From Actinomycetota bacterium (GTDB lineage: Bacteria > Actinomycetota > UBA4738 > JBBDHU01), in the NCBI GenBank assembly GCA_040880705.1, contig JBBDHU010000003.1, positions 215,476 to 279,475 on the forward strand: DNA of 64,000 bases, read 5' to 3'. Shown piece after piece: positions 10,106-18,993 of this stretch. Below the pieces are notes generated by a model, which saw nothing but the letters and a program-made list of their open reading frames with translations, searched no databases and was not told the DNA's origin. Within the stretch, counting starts at the first letter, position 1, and each line of letters begins with the position of its first letter. The translations under genes were made by a program, and so were the position numbers.

Positions 10106-11427
10106 CGAACCGTCACCGGCACATTTGTCTCAGACACGATCTCGGGTTCGTCCTCAACCTCGCTGTTCTCTATGAGCGCGTCACCCGCAAACATGGCGGC
10201 GGAAACCTCCTGGCCTCGCTCTCGAAGCACCTTGACGATCCTCGGTTCCGCTCCGGTGGTCGCAAACCGGTCGCGTCGACGATCGAAGAAATAGATTTCG
10301 GAGAGTTGAGGTTCACCTTCATTCAATCCTTCGAGGGCAGCCACTTCGCGGACGACGCGGCGCCCGCTGGGGAGTCTCGCCGTGTGAACGACGATGTCCA
10401 CAGCAGACGCGATCTGCGATCGAACGTGCTGCGCCGGCAGCGCAATGTCGGACATGAGCGCCATGGTTTCCAGGCGCCAGAGCAAGTGCCAGGGCGAGTT
10501 CGCGTGAGCAGTGGACATGGAACCCTCGTGACCCGTGTTCATCGCTTGAAGCATGTCGATGGCCTCACCACCGCGGACCTCCCCGACCACGATCCGGTCC
10601 GGGCGCATCCGGAGCGCGTTTCGGACGAGCTCGCGAACCGTAACCTCACCCTTGCCCTCGACATTCGGCGGCCGCGATTCGAGCGATATGACATGCGGTT
10701 GTGAGAGACGCAGTTCGGCTGCGTCTTCGATGGTGATCAAGCGTTCGCCGGCAGGAATGAACGCCGAGAGAACGTTCAGCAGCGTGGTTTTCCCAGAACC
10801 GGTCCCCCCCGAGACGATTATGTTCGCCTTCCCCCGGACGCACGCGGCCAAGAAGGCGAGCATGCGCCGATCGGTTGTTCCTTGTCGAACGAGGTCGTTC
10901 GGCGTCATCGGCATGAGGCCGAACTTGCGAATCGTGAGCGCAGGACCGCGAAGCGAAAGGGGCGGGATGATCGCGTGAACCCTCGAACCATCAGGAAGCC
11001 GAGCGTCCGCACAAGGCGACGATTCGTCGACTCTGAGTCCGAGAGGCGCGACAATACGCTCGATCACGTGAAGGACGGCCTCCTCCCCCTCGAATAGACC
11101 GCCCACCACCTTTTCGAGCCGCCCCTTTCGCTCCACGTACACGTCGTCGGGCCCGTTCACCATGACCTCGGTCACGTCTGGATCCCTTAGAAGGGATTCA
11201 AGCGGGCCGAGTCCGACGACTTGATCCGAGACCTCGTTGATTGCTTTCGTCAGTGCTTCATGAGGCAGGATGTCTCCTCGCTCGCGAAGGAGGCTCAGCG
11301 CTTCCTCTCTAACGCGAAGCCGCCGCTCGGCCGGCGACAGCCCCTGAAGATAGCCGGCGTCCACGCGTTCAAGCAGTCGGTCATGCAAATTGCGGCGCAC
11401 GTCAGGGGCCGAGCCGGTCTCAGTCAC
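10102..11427 (-). CDS. CpaF/TadA-family pilus assembly ATPase
   Basis: Walker A SGGTGSGKTT, Asp box ITIEDAAEL, Walker B/His box RPDRIVVGEVRG...GHEGSMSTAHAN. The GTG at 11427 overlaps the upstream stop (GTGACTGA). The 11520 start in the ORF track would overlap the ssd-like gene by 100 nt. Confidence 0.9.
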   Translation of the reverse strand: MTETGSAPDVRRNLHDRLLERVDAGYLQGLSPAERRLRVREEALSLLRERGDILPHEALTKAINEVSDQVVGLGPLESLLRDPDVTEVMVNGPDDVYVERKGRLEKVVGGLFEGEEAVLHVIERIVAPLGLRVDESSPCADARLPDGSRVHAIIPPLSLRGPALTIRKFGLMPMTPNDLVRQGTTDRRMLAFLAACVRGKANIIVSGGTGSGKTTLLNVLSAFIPAGERLITIEDAAELRLSQPHVISLESRPPNVEGKGEVTVRELVRNALRMRPDRIVVGEVRGGEAIDMLQAMNTGHEGSMSTAHANSPWHLLWRLETMALMSDIALPAQHVRSQIASAVDIVVHTARLPSGRRVVREVAALEGLNEGEPQLSEIYFFDRRRDRFATTGAEPRIVKVLRERGQEVSAAMFAGDALIENSEVEDEPEIVSETNVPVTVR

Positions 11428-12499
11428 GAGCGCCCTCGGCCAGCGATTTCGCAAGGTTCGTGATCGCCCGCGTGGCCCGCGAACGCCGGGGTATGAGCGT
11501 GCCCCTGTCCTGCGCCTCACGAACCGAGCGGTCCGATGGAATCACGGAGAGGGCTGGGCGGCCGAATACTCGATCGACGTCGGCCGGAACGATCGTGGAT
11601 CTGTCGGCCCTGTTGACGATGAACTCGCATCTGCCATCGAGTCGCAGTACGTCCAACGCCCGCTTGGCGCTGTGAAACGACAGCACATCCAGCGAGAGGA
11701 CGAGCAACACCCGATCGGCGAAGTCGGCCGCCAGTTTGGTCCGTTCGTCGAGCGCCCGTGGAAGGTGCAACAACACTATGTCGGCTGATGCTGCGGCGAG
11801 ATCCAGAAGAGCGGCATAGGCACTTGTGTCCAGGGGCTCGGAAGCTGACTCGCCGGACGAGAGGGCCACGCGAAAACCGGCCGGATGCGACCACAAGATC
11901 TCGTCGACATGCTCCGCGCCAAGTTCTCCCACGACCGGCCGTAGGTCCTCGATCGACCGCGCTCCCTCGTCACCGGTTACTCCGAGGGCCGCATTGATGT
12001 CGGCGAACTCTGGGTCCATCTCGAGCAGAAGACAGTTCTTTCCGAGTTGCGCGAGCGCGGCGGCAAGATGCGTCGCCACGAACGTTGCGCCGGCGCCCCC
12101 GCGCGGCCCGTAGACGGCCAGCACCTCGGCGCGACGTTCGGTTTCATGAGCAGCCGGCGGTAACGCTTTCGCCGCCGCACTCGCGAGCTTCTCTCGATCA
12201 TCAGGCCACACAAAGAACCCCTCCGCGCCTGCGTCAATGGCTGTACGAAGGGCGGCCACCGATTCGGACGTGTCGACGGCCAGAACGGATTGAGCCTGAG
12301 ACGACTCGACGCCGCGGAGCAACGACGGCGAGGCAATGATCGCGTTCGGCTCCAACTGGCGCACCGCTTCAGCCAGCTGGACATCGTCGCCGGCCGTCGC
12401 AACGACGCGAGTCCGCCCGGACCGATCCAGGAAATGGACGATCTCGTCCGCGGCGTCGGCCGCCTCGATGCCGAGCGCGATCCTGACTATTCCTTCCAA
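11420..12499 (-). CDS. CpaE/Ssd-like ParA/MinD-family ATPase with N-terminal receiver-like domain
   Basis: Deviant Walker A VYGPRGGAGATFVATHLA and an N-terminal CheY-like fold without an obvious phospho-Asp context. First gene of the Tad operon, as for Rv3660c (ssd). Confidence 0.75.
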   Translation of the reverse strand: MEGIVRIALGIEAADAADEIVHFLDRSGRTRVVATAGDDVQLAEAVRQLEPNAIIASPSLLRGVESSQAQSVLAVDTSESVAALRTAIDAGAEGFFVWPDDREKLASAAAKALPPAAHETERRAEVLAVYGPRGGAGATFVATHLAAALAQLGKNCLLLEMDPEFADINAALGVTGDEGARSIEDLRPVVGELGAEHVDEILWSHPAGFRVALSSGESASEPLDTSAYAALLDLAAASADIVLLHLPRALDERTKLAADFADRVLLVLSLDVLSFHSAKRALDVLRLDGRCEFIVNRADRSTIVPADVDRVFGRPALSVIPSDRSVREAQDRGTLIPRRSRATRAITNLAKSLAEGARD

Positions 12500-12659
12500 T
12501 TCCTCTCCTAACGGAAACTCTCGAGGAAGAGAGGGAGAGGCGGTGGCCCCGAACGCGCGAAAAGCAGACTAGATGGCAGCGAGCGCCCGGTGAATCACCA
12601 AAGCAGCCGATTTACGTTCATACGATGCCGGATGCGAGCGCCGCCGTTTGGGGGATTCG

Positions 12660-13307
12660 CTAGTCGTCCTCGGCGTCGTCCACGAGGTCGATACCTAGTC
12701 GGTCGAGTCTTACGCGATGCCGCTCGAGCAGTTCGAGCAGCAGCTTTTTCTCGCCCGCGACCCCGCCCATGAGTTCCCTTAGCTGCGACGCCTGATCCAA
12801 CGCCCGCGAGGTCTGTGTCAGCGCCTCGCCGGAGATCCTCCTCGAGTAGTGCGCGATCCGTTCGCGCACTCGTGGGTCGTCCTCCGTTGCCTTCTTAAGC
12901 TCATCCAGGGCGAAGGTTTCCTGCTGTTCCCTGTCCCCGAGCGTCTTTACGACTTCCGCCGAGATCGGGTCGAGCTTCGCCACCATCTCCTCGGCGAACT
13001 CCGAGGTGAGCGCATCCCCCACGTAGTGGAAGGTCTGTGCCTCGACCCAGTCCCCGGGCTTCGTCCTCTCGTGGAAAAGCTCGAAGAACGGACGGAACCG
13101 AAGCGCCATGTCGGGGGTGCCGATCTCGGCAAGGCGGGCCTCGACCAGTTCGCTGTTTCGCTCCTCTAAGGAGGCGACGTTCGCCTGCTCCTTCTTGGTG
13201 CGATCGTCCGGCGCCAGGCCGACGTTGTTGCGGGCGCGCTCGGCGGCCAGGCGCTCGCCGCACGCGAGCGCCGCGAGCAGCATCGCGACTGCCTCTTGAT
13301 CGGCCAC
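12660..13307 (-). CDS. ferritin-like fold protein (MiaE-like superfamily), function unknown
   Basis: 215-aa acidic helical ORF with good codon usage. Family assignment recalled from similar actinobacterial proteins, not verified. Confidence 0.5.
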   Translation of the reverse strand: MADQEAVAMLLAALACGERLAAERARNNVGLAPDDRTKKEQANVASLEERNSELVEARLAEIGTPDMALRFRPFFELFHERTKPGDWVEAQTFHYVGDALTSEFAEEMVAKLDPISAEVVKTLGDREQQETFALDELKKATEDDPRVRERIAHYSRRISGEALTQTSRALDQASQLRELMGGVAGEKKLLLELLERHRVRLDRLGIDLVDDAEDD

Positions 13308-13360
13308 GGCTCGATTCTAGTGCGCGCCCATGTCGTGCCCGGGACCACCAGATACCGAGA

Positions 13361-13642
13361 ATGTCCTACCCCGGGTCTAGGCTCGTGAACATGGGAACGG
13401 TCATAGATCTGGAGTCCAGGAGGCGCCGGCAGGATCCGGCGGTCGACAGGCTCTCACGGGCGATCGAAGTCCTGGAGCCGTTGGTGGACGGCGCTGAGGG
13501 CAAGCGCTCGCGTCACCCCGGATCTATCGAGACCGAGCTGCTCGCCATCACCGGTGCCATCGCCGGGGAGCGCCTCGACGAGGCCGCAACGCGCGCCGAA
13601 CAACTGGCCGCACGCCTGCGGCGCCTTGCGAAAAACGCGTAG
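13361..13642 (+). CDS. small hypothetical protein
   Basis: Coding-like C-terminal part of the 13037..13642 ORF (VIDLESRRRRQDPAVDRLSRAIEVLEPLVDG...). Start ambiguous (ATG at 13361 or 13391), no strong SD. Confidence 0.4.
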   Translation: MSYPGSRLVNMGTVIDLESRRRRQDPAVDRLSRAIEVLEPLVDGAEGKRSRHPGSIETELLAITGAIAGERLDEAATRAEQLAARLRRLAKNA

Positions 13643-13817
13643 GTTCGCCGAACCCGCGCATTAGAAAAGGGAGCAGCTAACAGGCGCTGTTTGCACTTGC
13701 TCGGTTGCCACGGCCTCCGGCCGGAGCACCCGGGCATGCCTCCCGCGGCAGTCCGCGCGTGGGTACTGCTCCCTTTACGGGATCGATTCTATTCCTGGCG
13801 CGCGAATTCACGAAACG

Positions 13818-13847
13818 GCAGGTCGCACCTGCGACGACGCGTTTTTT
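13818..13847. terminator. hairpin plus T6 tract in a convergent intergenic region (candidate bidirectional terminator)
   Basis: GCAGGT-CGC-ACCTGC stem-loop (13818..13832), then GACGACGCG and TTTTTT (13842..13847). On the minus strand the same hairpin lies about 20 nt past the HAD gene stop. The T tract is not adjacent to the stem, so this is weak. Confidence 0.4.
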
Positions 13848-13854
13848 GTCGTTC

Positions 13855-14646
13855 TTACGAGGCTTCTCTTCGGCGAGGTCTTAGGTAGACCCAGCCGACG
13901 ACGGCGGCCACTCCGGCGGCCGTCAGCGCCGCCGCAACCGGGCTGACGCGCTTGGTCGTAGCGCCGATCCTGGTGCGAAGCGGCACGGGGTGGCGGAAAT
14001 CGCGCACCGGCCAGCCGCGTTGTTCGGCCGCACGCCTCAGCTCACGGCTCGGGTTCACGGCGACCGCGTTGCCGACCTCCTCGAGCATGGGCAGGTCGGT
14101 GTGCGAGTCCGAATATGCATACGAAGCCTGGAGGTCGATCCCCTCGCGTTCGGCAAGCTTGCGGATCGCCTCGGCCTTGCCCTCGCCGTAGCAATAGAAC
14201 GCAAGCTCTCCGGTGTACTTGCCGTTTTCGACGCCGGCCTGGGTCGCGATCACGTTCGTCACGCCGAAGTGTTCGGCCAGCGGGCGAACCACTTCCTGCG
14301 GCGAGGACGAGACGATGTAGACCTCGCGGCCCTGCGAGCGGTGAAGCTCCATCAGGTCGAGGGCCTCCTGATAGACGTAAGGGTGGATCAGGTCGATCAC
14401 GACGCTTCGGACGAGATCCTCTACCTCGGCCTGGTCCCATCCCCTCGAGAGCCGAAGGATCGCTTCCTTGGCGCGGTCCATCCGGCGCTCGTCGGCGCCG
14501 ATCAGGATGTAGACGAACTGCGCGTAGGCACTCCTTAGAACCGCGAGGCGCGAGACCAGGCCGGCGCGGAACATCGGCCTGGTGAGGGCGAACGAGCTCG
14601 ACCTAGCCACGACGGTCTTGTCCAAGTCGAAGAACGCTGCCTCCAT
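13855..14646 (-). CDS. HAD-IB family hydrolase (SerB-like phosphatase)
   Basis: DxDxT motif FFDLDKTV; later motifs YIVSSSP and YSDSHTDLPML; C-terminal membrane-like tail. Confidence 0.85.
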   Translation of the reverse strand: MEAAFFDLDKTVVARSSSFALTRPMFRAGLVSRLAVLRSAYAQFVYILIGADERRMDRAKEAILRLSRGWDQAEVEDLVRSVVIDLIHPYVYQEALDLMELHRSQGREVYIVSSSPQEVVRPLAEHFGVTNVIATQAGVENGKYTGELAFYCYGEGKAEAIRKLAEREGIDLQASYAYSDSHTDLPMLEEVGNAVAVNPSRELRRAAEQRGWPVRDFRHPVPLRTRIGATTKRVSPVAAALTAAGVAAVVGWVYLRPRRREAS

Positions 14647-14730
14647 ACACTCAATGGTAGGGGTTCGCGGGCGTTAACTTCGGATTTCAGCCTCACGCGT
14701 GTACCATCCGTGGGCCGAGAGGGGGCCTGG

Positions 14731-15669
14731 ATGTCGATTCTCGTGACCGGGTCGATCGCGTTCGACAACATCATGGACTTCGACGGCCACTTCAAGGACC
14801 ACATCCTGCCCGAGAAGGTCCACGTCCTGTCGGTGAGCTTTCTGGTCGACACTCTGAAGCGCCAGCACGGGGGCGCGGCGGCGAACATCTCCTACAACCT
14901 GGCTCTTTTGGGCGAGCACCCGTGCATCCTGGCCGCGGTCGGCGACGACTTCGCGGAGTACCGGGCGTGGCTCGAGTCCCACGGCGTGGACTGCCAGTCG
15001 ATCCGGGTGGTTCCCGGCGAGTGGACGGCCTCTGCCTTCATCACGAACGACCGCGACAACAACCAGATCACGGGGTTCTATCCGGGGGCGATGCGCGGCG
15101 CGGCCGGATTGTCCTTGGACAAGGTGGACGGGGACGTCGGGTTGGCGGTGGTGTCGCCCGACGACCCGGCGGCCATGGCCCGCTACCCCGCCGAGTGCCG
15201 AGAACGCGGGATTCCTTATGTGTATAGCCCGGGCCAGCAGATCGTGGCGCTCTCTTCGGAGTCGTTACTCGACGGCTTGAAGGGTGCCCGCTGCGTGATC
15301 GGGAACGACTACGAGATGCAGATGATCGCCGAGAAGACCGGGATGCCGACCGAGGAGTTCCTCAACCACGCCGAAGTGGCGGTCACGACCATGGGCGAGG
15401 GCGGCTCGATCATCGAAACGGCTGACGGGCGGATCGAGCTGCCGGCGGCGGCGGCGGTTCGGGTTGTGGACCCGACCGGCGCAGGCGATGCGTATGTCGC
15501 GGGTGTCGCGCGAGGGCTGATGCGCGACGAGCCGCCGGAAGTCTACGGCCGCGTGGCCGCGATGGCCGGAACCTATGCAGTCGAGAACTACGGAACACAG
15601 GGTCACTCGTATTCGATGGAAGGATTCGCCACGCGCTACCGCGAAGCCTTCGGCCAAGAACTGCCCTGA
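14731..15669 (+). CDS. PfkB-family carbohydrate/nucleoside kinase
   Basis: N-terminal ILVTGSIAFDNIM, GGAAANI, and ATP-site motif DPTGAGDAYVAG. ATG at 14731 preceded by GAGAGGGGG. Confidence 0.85.
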   Translation: MSILVTGSIAFDNIMDFDGHFKDHILPEKVHVLSVSFLVDTLKRQHGGAAANISYNLALLGEHPCILAAVGDDFAEYRAWLESHGVDCQSIRVVPGEWTASAFITNDRDNNQITGFYPGAMRGAAGLSLDKVDGDVGLAVVSPDDPAAMARYPAECRERGIPYVYSPGQQIVALSSESLLDGLKGARCVIGNDYEMQMIAEKTGMPTEEFLNHAEVAVTTMGEGGSIIETADGRIELPAAAAVRVVDPTGAGDAYVAGVARGLMRDEPPEVYGRVAAMAGTYAVENYGTQGHSYSMEGFATRYREAFGQELP

Positions 15670-15704
15670 GCTTCGTTTTTGGGATGTTGTAGTATGCTAC
15701 GCCT

Positions 15705-15950
15705 ATGCTGACAGTGCCGGAAGCGGCCGCACGAAGCGGCCGGAACCCCGAGACCATTCGCCGGTGGATCCGATCCGGCAGGCTCCGCGCGAAAAGGGTC
15801 GGCACCCAGCACGTAATAGAAGAGGAAGACCTCCGCAATCTCGTTGAGCCCGATCACCTTCCCCTCCCGAAGGGTTGGAGGACCACAGCAACGGGCGAGC
15901 CGATGCCAGACGTGGTCGGGCTTATCCGGACGGCACGCGAAGGCCACTGA
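15705..15950 (+). CDS. excisionase/MerR-type HTH protein, probable antitoxin of the adjacent PIN toxin
   Basis: LTVPEAAARSGRNPETIRRWIRSGRLRAKRVG is a typical excisionase-family HTH. Ends 6 nt before the PIN gene. Confidence 0.7.
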   Translation: MLTVPEAAARSGRNPETIRRWIRSGRLRAKRVGTQHVIEEEDLRNLVEPDHLPLPKGWRTTATGEPMPDVVGLIRTAREGH

Positions 15951-15956
15951 CGACTC

Positions 15957-16346
15957 ATGCAGGTCGTTGATGCGAGCGTCGCTCTCCAGGCCTGCCTGTC
16001 GAAATCGGGATTCAGGCCACTCGGACGACGCGAAATGGTGGCCCCTCCCCTTCTCTGGTCCGAGGTCACTGCCGCGCTGCATCAGGCGATGTGGCGTGGC
16101 GCTATCAGCGAACGTCTCGCGGCATTGGCCTTGGAGCGTCTGGGGGAAACGCGAATTGCAACCCGGCGCCCGGCTCGGCTGTACTCGGAGGCTTGGGAAG
16201 TCGCTCAAGAGCTCGGTTGGGCGAAAACCTACGACGCCGAGTATGTGGCGCTCGCCCGCCTCCTCGCTTGTCCGCTCGTGACGATCGATGCGCGGCTGGC
16301 TCGCTCCGCCGAGCGGCTGGTTGAGATCGCCACACCCTCCAACTGA
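15957..16346 (+). CDS. PIN-domain ribonuclease toxin (VapC-like)
   Basis: 129 aa. N-terminal acidic VVDASV, central E (YSEAWE) and C-terminal LVTIDARL are typical PIN catalytic positions. Confidence 0.75.
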   Translation: MQVVDASVALQACLSKSGFRPLGRREMVAPPLLWSEVTAALHQAMWRGAISERLAALALERLGETRIATRRPARLYSEAWEVAQELGWAKTYDAEYVALARLLACPLVTIDARLARSAERLVEIATPSN

Positions 16347-16389
16347 GAACCCTCGTCAACCCGCGGGGCAGCGAGAGAAGAGCCCAGAA

Positions 16390-16818
16390 CTAGCTCCTCG
16401 ATAGTTCGACCGAACCCTCGGGAGCCGAAAGGGTCACGACCGCTCCAGAATCGGCGAACTTGACGACGAGTGGACCCGAGAGAATCACATCCGCGAACCT
16501 TTCGGAGAACTTCTCGGCCTGCCCGCCGCAACCGGCAAGCGTGCTGAAGGTTTCCTCCGAATCGATCCTCAACAAACCTTCTTCATATGCGTAGGGCCCA
16601 CCTAAGTGATTGCATCCCTCCCAGCCGGTTACTTCACCACCGCCGAAGGCCACCCAGGGTGGCTCCTGCGCGCGGGACACGTCCCCCATCGGCTTTCCGT
16701 CGAGGGACTTCACATTCCAACGACCTTCGAGGCGAGCACCTCCCCCCGTGCACACCGTCAGCATGGACACCATCGCGAGGGACATGAGAGCCAGCCGGCC
16801 TGCGTTCCTCGAGGGCAT
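16390..16818 (-). CDS. META-domain (HslJ-like) lipoprotein
   Basis: Signal plus lipobox MLTVCTGG. META core EGRWNVKSLDG...GGEVTGWEGCNHLGGPYAYEEG...STLAGCGG. Paralog of 22598..23056. Confidence 0.8.
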   Translation of the reverse strand: MPSRNAGRLALMSLAMVSMLTVCTGGGARLEGRWNVKSLDGKPMGDVSRAQEPPWVAFGGGEVTGWEGCNHLGGPYAYEEGLLRIDSEETFSTLAGCGGQAEKFSERFADVILSGPLVVKFADSGAVVTLSAPEGSVELSRS

Positions 16819-16826
16819 GAGGTTCG

Positions 16827-17258
16827 CTAGGCCGCGGTCACCTCGAAGTCGGCGGTTTCCTCACCGACGCTGATCGTGATCTCGCCCTCCGCCGTGGGCG
16901 AGGTCGATCCCGAGCAGGTGACGGAAACCATGTAAGGACCGGGGACAGCGTTGGCCGGCACGGTGATCGTCCCCGAGGACTCGGGGCCGCGCGGCACGTC
17001 GGCGACTGGCGACGCTCCGCCGCTCATGTACTGGTCCTCGGTGCCGGCGTGCATAGTCGCGTGCTTGTCGTCGGTCTCGTCGCAGCCCGAGACCGTCCAG
17101 GTGATCGGAGTCCCTGGCGCGCCGGACTCGGGATCGAGCGTTAGGCCACGGCCGCCGCCATCTCCGCCCTCGCCGGAGCTGCCGCCGCCGTTGCCGCTGC
17201 ACGCGACGGCAAGTATCGAGACCAGGATTAGGACGGCTCTTGCGAGGTTTCGATTCAT
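16827..17258 (-). CDS. secreted lipoprotein, unknown function
   Basis: From the ATG at 17258: MNRNLARAVLILVSILAVACSG (lipobox), a Gly/Ser linker, then a beta-rich domain with two Cys. Confidence 0.55.
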   Translation of the reverse strand: MNRNLARAVLILVSILAVACSGNGGGSSGEGGDGGGRGLTLDPESGAPGTPITWTVSGCDETDDKHATMHAGTEDQYMSGGASPVADVPRGPESSGTITVPANAVPGPYMVSVTCSGSTSPTAEGEITISVGEETADFEVTAA

Positions 17259-17346
17259 TCCGAGGCTCCCTCCGGTTGGGCGGTTCGCGTCCTTATAGCG
17301 CGTGGGCGGACGCGCGGGCAAGGCGAGGCCGCGTAAGCTCGCCCCC

Positions 17347-17439
17347 GGAGGCGACAGGGCACCTGGTGGGCCCCCCGGTCTTCAAAACCGGTGTGGGGGC
17401 GAAAGCTCCCAGGCGGGTTCGATTCCCGTCCGCCTCCGC
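17347..17439 (+). tRNA. selC: tRNA-Sec (anticodon TCA)
   Basis: Hand fold. Acceptor GGAGGCG/CGCCTCC (7 bp) plus T stem GGCGGG/CCCGTC (6 bp, one G-T) gives a 13-bp coaxial stack, the tRNA-Sec hallmark. Anticodon stem CCGGT/ACCGG with loop CTTCAAA (anticodon TCA). Long variable arm GGGGGC-GAAA-GCTCCC. T-loop TTCGATT. CCA not encoded. Confidence 0.85.
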
Positions 17440-17458
17440 GAATATGCTCTGACTACGA

Positions 17459-18397
17459 ATGGGCGTTTATCAGGACAGTGAAGGTCAAACAGTCTTCCTC
17501 GGGCATGGGTCCTGGCTCCTCACGCTCGATCTAGAAACCGAGCATGCCGCAGAGATCGAACTGGAAGGTGTGTCCACGGCTGATGTGATCCGTACCTCTG
17601 ATGGCCTGTTGGTCCTTGATGCGAGAATCAGGACAGCATTCTATTCATGGAAAAACGAGCTCCTCGTTGTGCCTTCTGAGGACCCGGCCAGAATCATCGG
17701 CCGAATGGCCCTGGACAAGGCGGGCCAGATCTCTTGGCAGGGGGATGCCGACGCATGGGCGGCTCTGCCGCGAATCCACAACGGGTATGTATGGGCGCAG
17801 GATGGATCTTGGAAGACCGATGTTCTCCTGCTCCGACACGACAACCCGGGCGAAGTCGAGTTCCTGCCACAACCACTATTCCCGGCCCCAATAGGGGACT
17901 CCCAAGTAAAAACAGCCTGCCTATCTGACGACAAGACTGCTCTCTTCGCCTATTTTGAGTGGATCCTCGTAACCGACTTGATGACTAAGGACACTCTCAG
18001 AACGATCACGCTGCCGTCGATTCTGTCCGACGACGCACCTCTGCGAGTCGAGGAGTCTTTGGGCAATGTGTGGTTCGTGACTGACACCCTGCTCGGGTTC
18101 GCGGATTTAGCCACGGGTGAGACGAAATCGATCGACGTTGGGAAACTCCGAGAAGGCGACTACATAGCCGACTTCGCTCCAGATCCAGCCTTTGACTCTT
18201 TTGCGGTTGCGCTGCTCAGAAGTGGTGCGGTAGTTTTGGTTAATGCGGAGACGCTGTCGATCACCGGCGTCTTTGAGACGGGAGAGCAAATCGGTTCGCT
18301 CGCGTTGCTCGGAGATGGGCGGGTTGTCTACCAGCCGTGGGCCAAGGGAAGACTGGTGATTGCGAGGCTGGACGACCGATCCCGAAGGGCAAACTAG
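17459..18397 (+). CDS. hypothetical protein (312 aa, no recognisable motif; possibly a beta-rich repeat fold)
   Basis: Long ORF starting 20 nt after the tRNA, with lower GC. No signal peptide or catalytic motif recognised. Confidence 0.5.
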   Translation: MGVYQDSEGQTVFLGHGSWLLTLDLETEHAAEIELEGVSTADVIRTSDGLLVLDARIRTAFYSWKNELLVVPSEDPARIIGRMALDKAGQISWQGDADAWAALPRIHNGYVWAQDGSWKTDVLLLRHDNPGEVEFLPQPLFPAPIGDSQVKTACLSDDKTALFAYFEWILVTDLMTKDTLRTITLPSILSDDAPLRVEESLGNVWFVTDTLLGFADLATGETKSIDVGKLREGDYIADFAPDPAFDSFAVALLRSGAVVLVNAETLSITGVFETGEQIGSLALLGDGRVVYQPWAKGRLVIARLDDRSRRAN

Positions 18398-18486
18398 TTC
18401 CCCCAAATGCGTGGGCACCGCAATCGGTTCTCATCCTGCCAGGAACTGGACGAGTTGGCGCGATGACAGTTTGGTGACCTGACGAA

Positions 18487-18993
18487 GTGGAGAATCCCAA
18501 GGCCCCGATTCGTGACTCCGAGGTGTCCTTGCGCACCTATCGTCGTCGGCTTCTCTCGGTAGCCGGCACGACCATCGCGTGTATCTGGATACTGCTAGCT
18601 GTAATCGTTATAGTCTGGATGCTTCTAACCCCCGAACAATTCCGAGGTGTGGTCGTGCAGGCGATCGCAGCGGCCGTGATATACGCAGCGGTCGGCGTGG
18701 CTTTGCTGAGGACCGCAATCACCGGCATCAAAACATACCCTGAAGGTTTGCGCGTCATCAATTTCTGGCGGAGCCGAAGGTTTGGGTGGAGCGAGGTCAA
18801 GGAGTTTCAGGACAAGCGATGGCTGATATACCCGCACGTCTGCCATCTCAAGACTCGCACTGGCCATATCCTCCCGATTCCTTCAATTTCAGGCTGGTCG
18901 TTCTTTCGAGGAGAATGGTTCACTGAAACGATGCAGGAACTCCGAGGGGAATTGGACGCGCGGGGGCAGAAACTGTCGGCCGACTCCCACTAA
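18487..18993 (+). CDS. membrane protein with C-terminal bacterial PH-like domain (tentative)
   Basis: Two TM helices (IACIWILLAVIVIVWMLL, AIAAAVIYAAVGVALL), then GIKTYPEGLRVINFWRSRRFGWSEVKEF, which resembles bPH-type domains (recalled). GTG start. Confidence 0.5.
   Translation: MENPKAPIRDSEVSLRTYRRRLLSVAGTTIACIWILLAVIVIVWMLLTPEQFRGVVVQAIAAAVIYAAVGVALLRTAITGIKTYPEGLRVINFWRSRRFGWSEVKEFQDKRWLIYPHVCHLKTRTGHILPIPSISGWSFFRGEWFTETMQELRGELDARGQKLSADSH

Noticed and set aside
11428-11520. Longer TadA start at 11520
   Set aside because: It would overlap the ssd-like gene by 100 nt with an Arg-rich peptide. The GTG at 11427 gives a coupled GTGACTGA junction.
13660-13780. Intergenic element as SRP (4.5S) RNA, because of GGGAGCAGC resembling the helix-8 GGAAGCAGC motif
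   Set aside because: The obligatory upstream strand and GGAA tetraloop (..AGGxCCGGAAGG..) are absent on both strands. 6C and 6S RNA patterns are also not evident.
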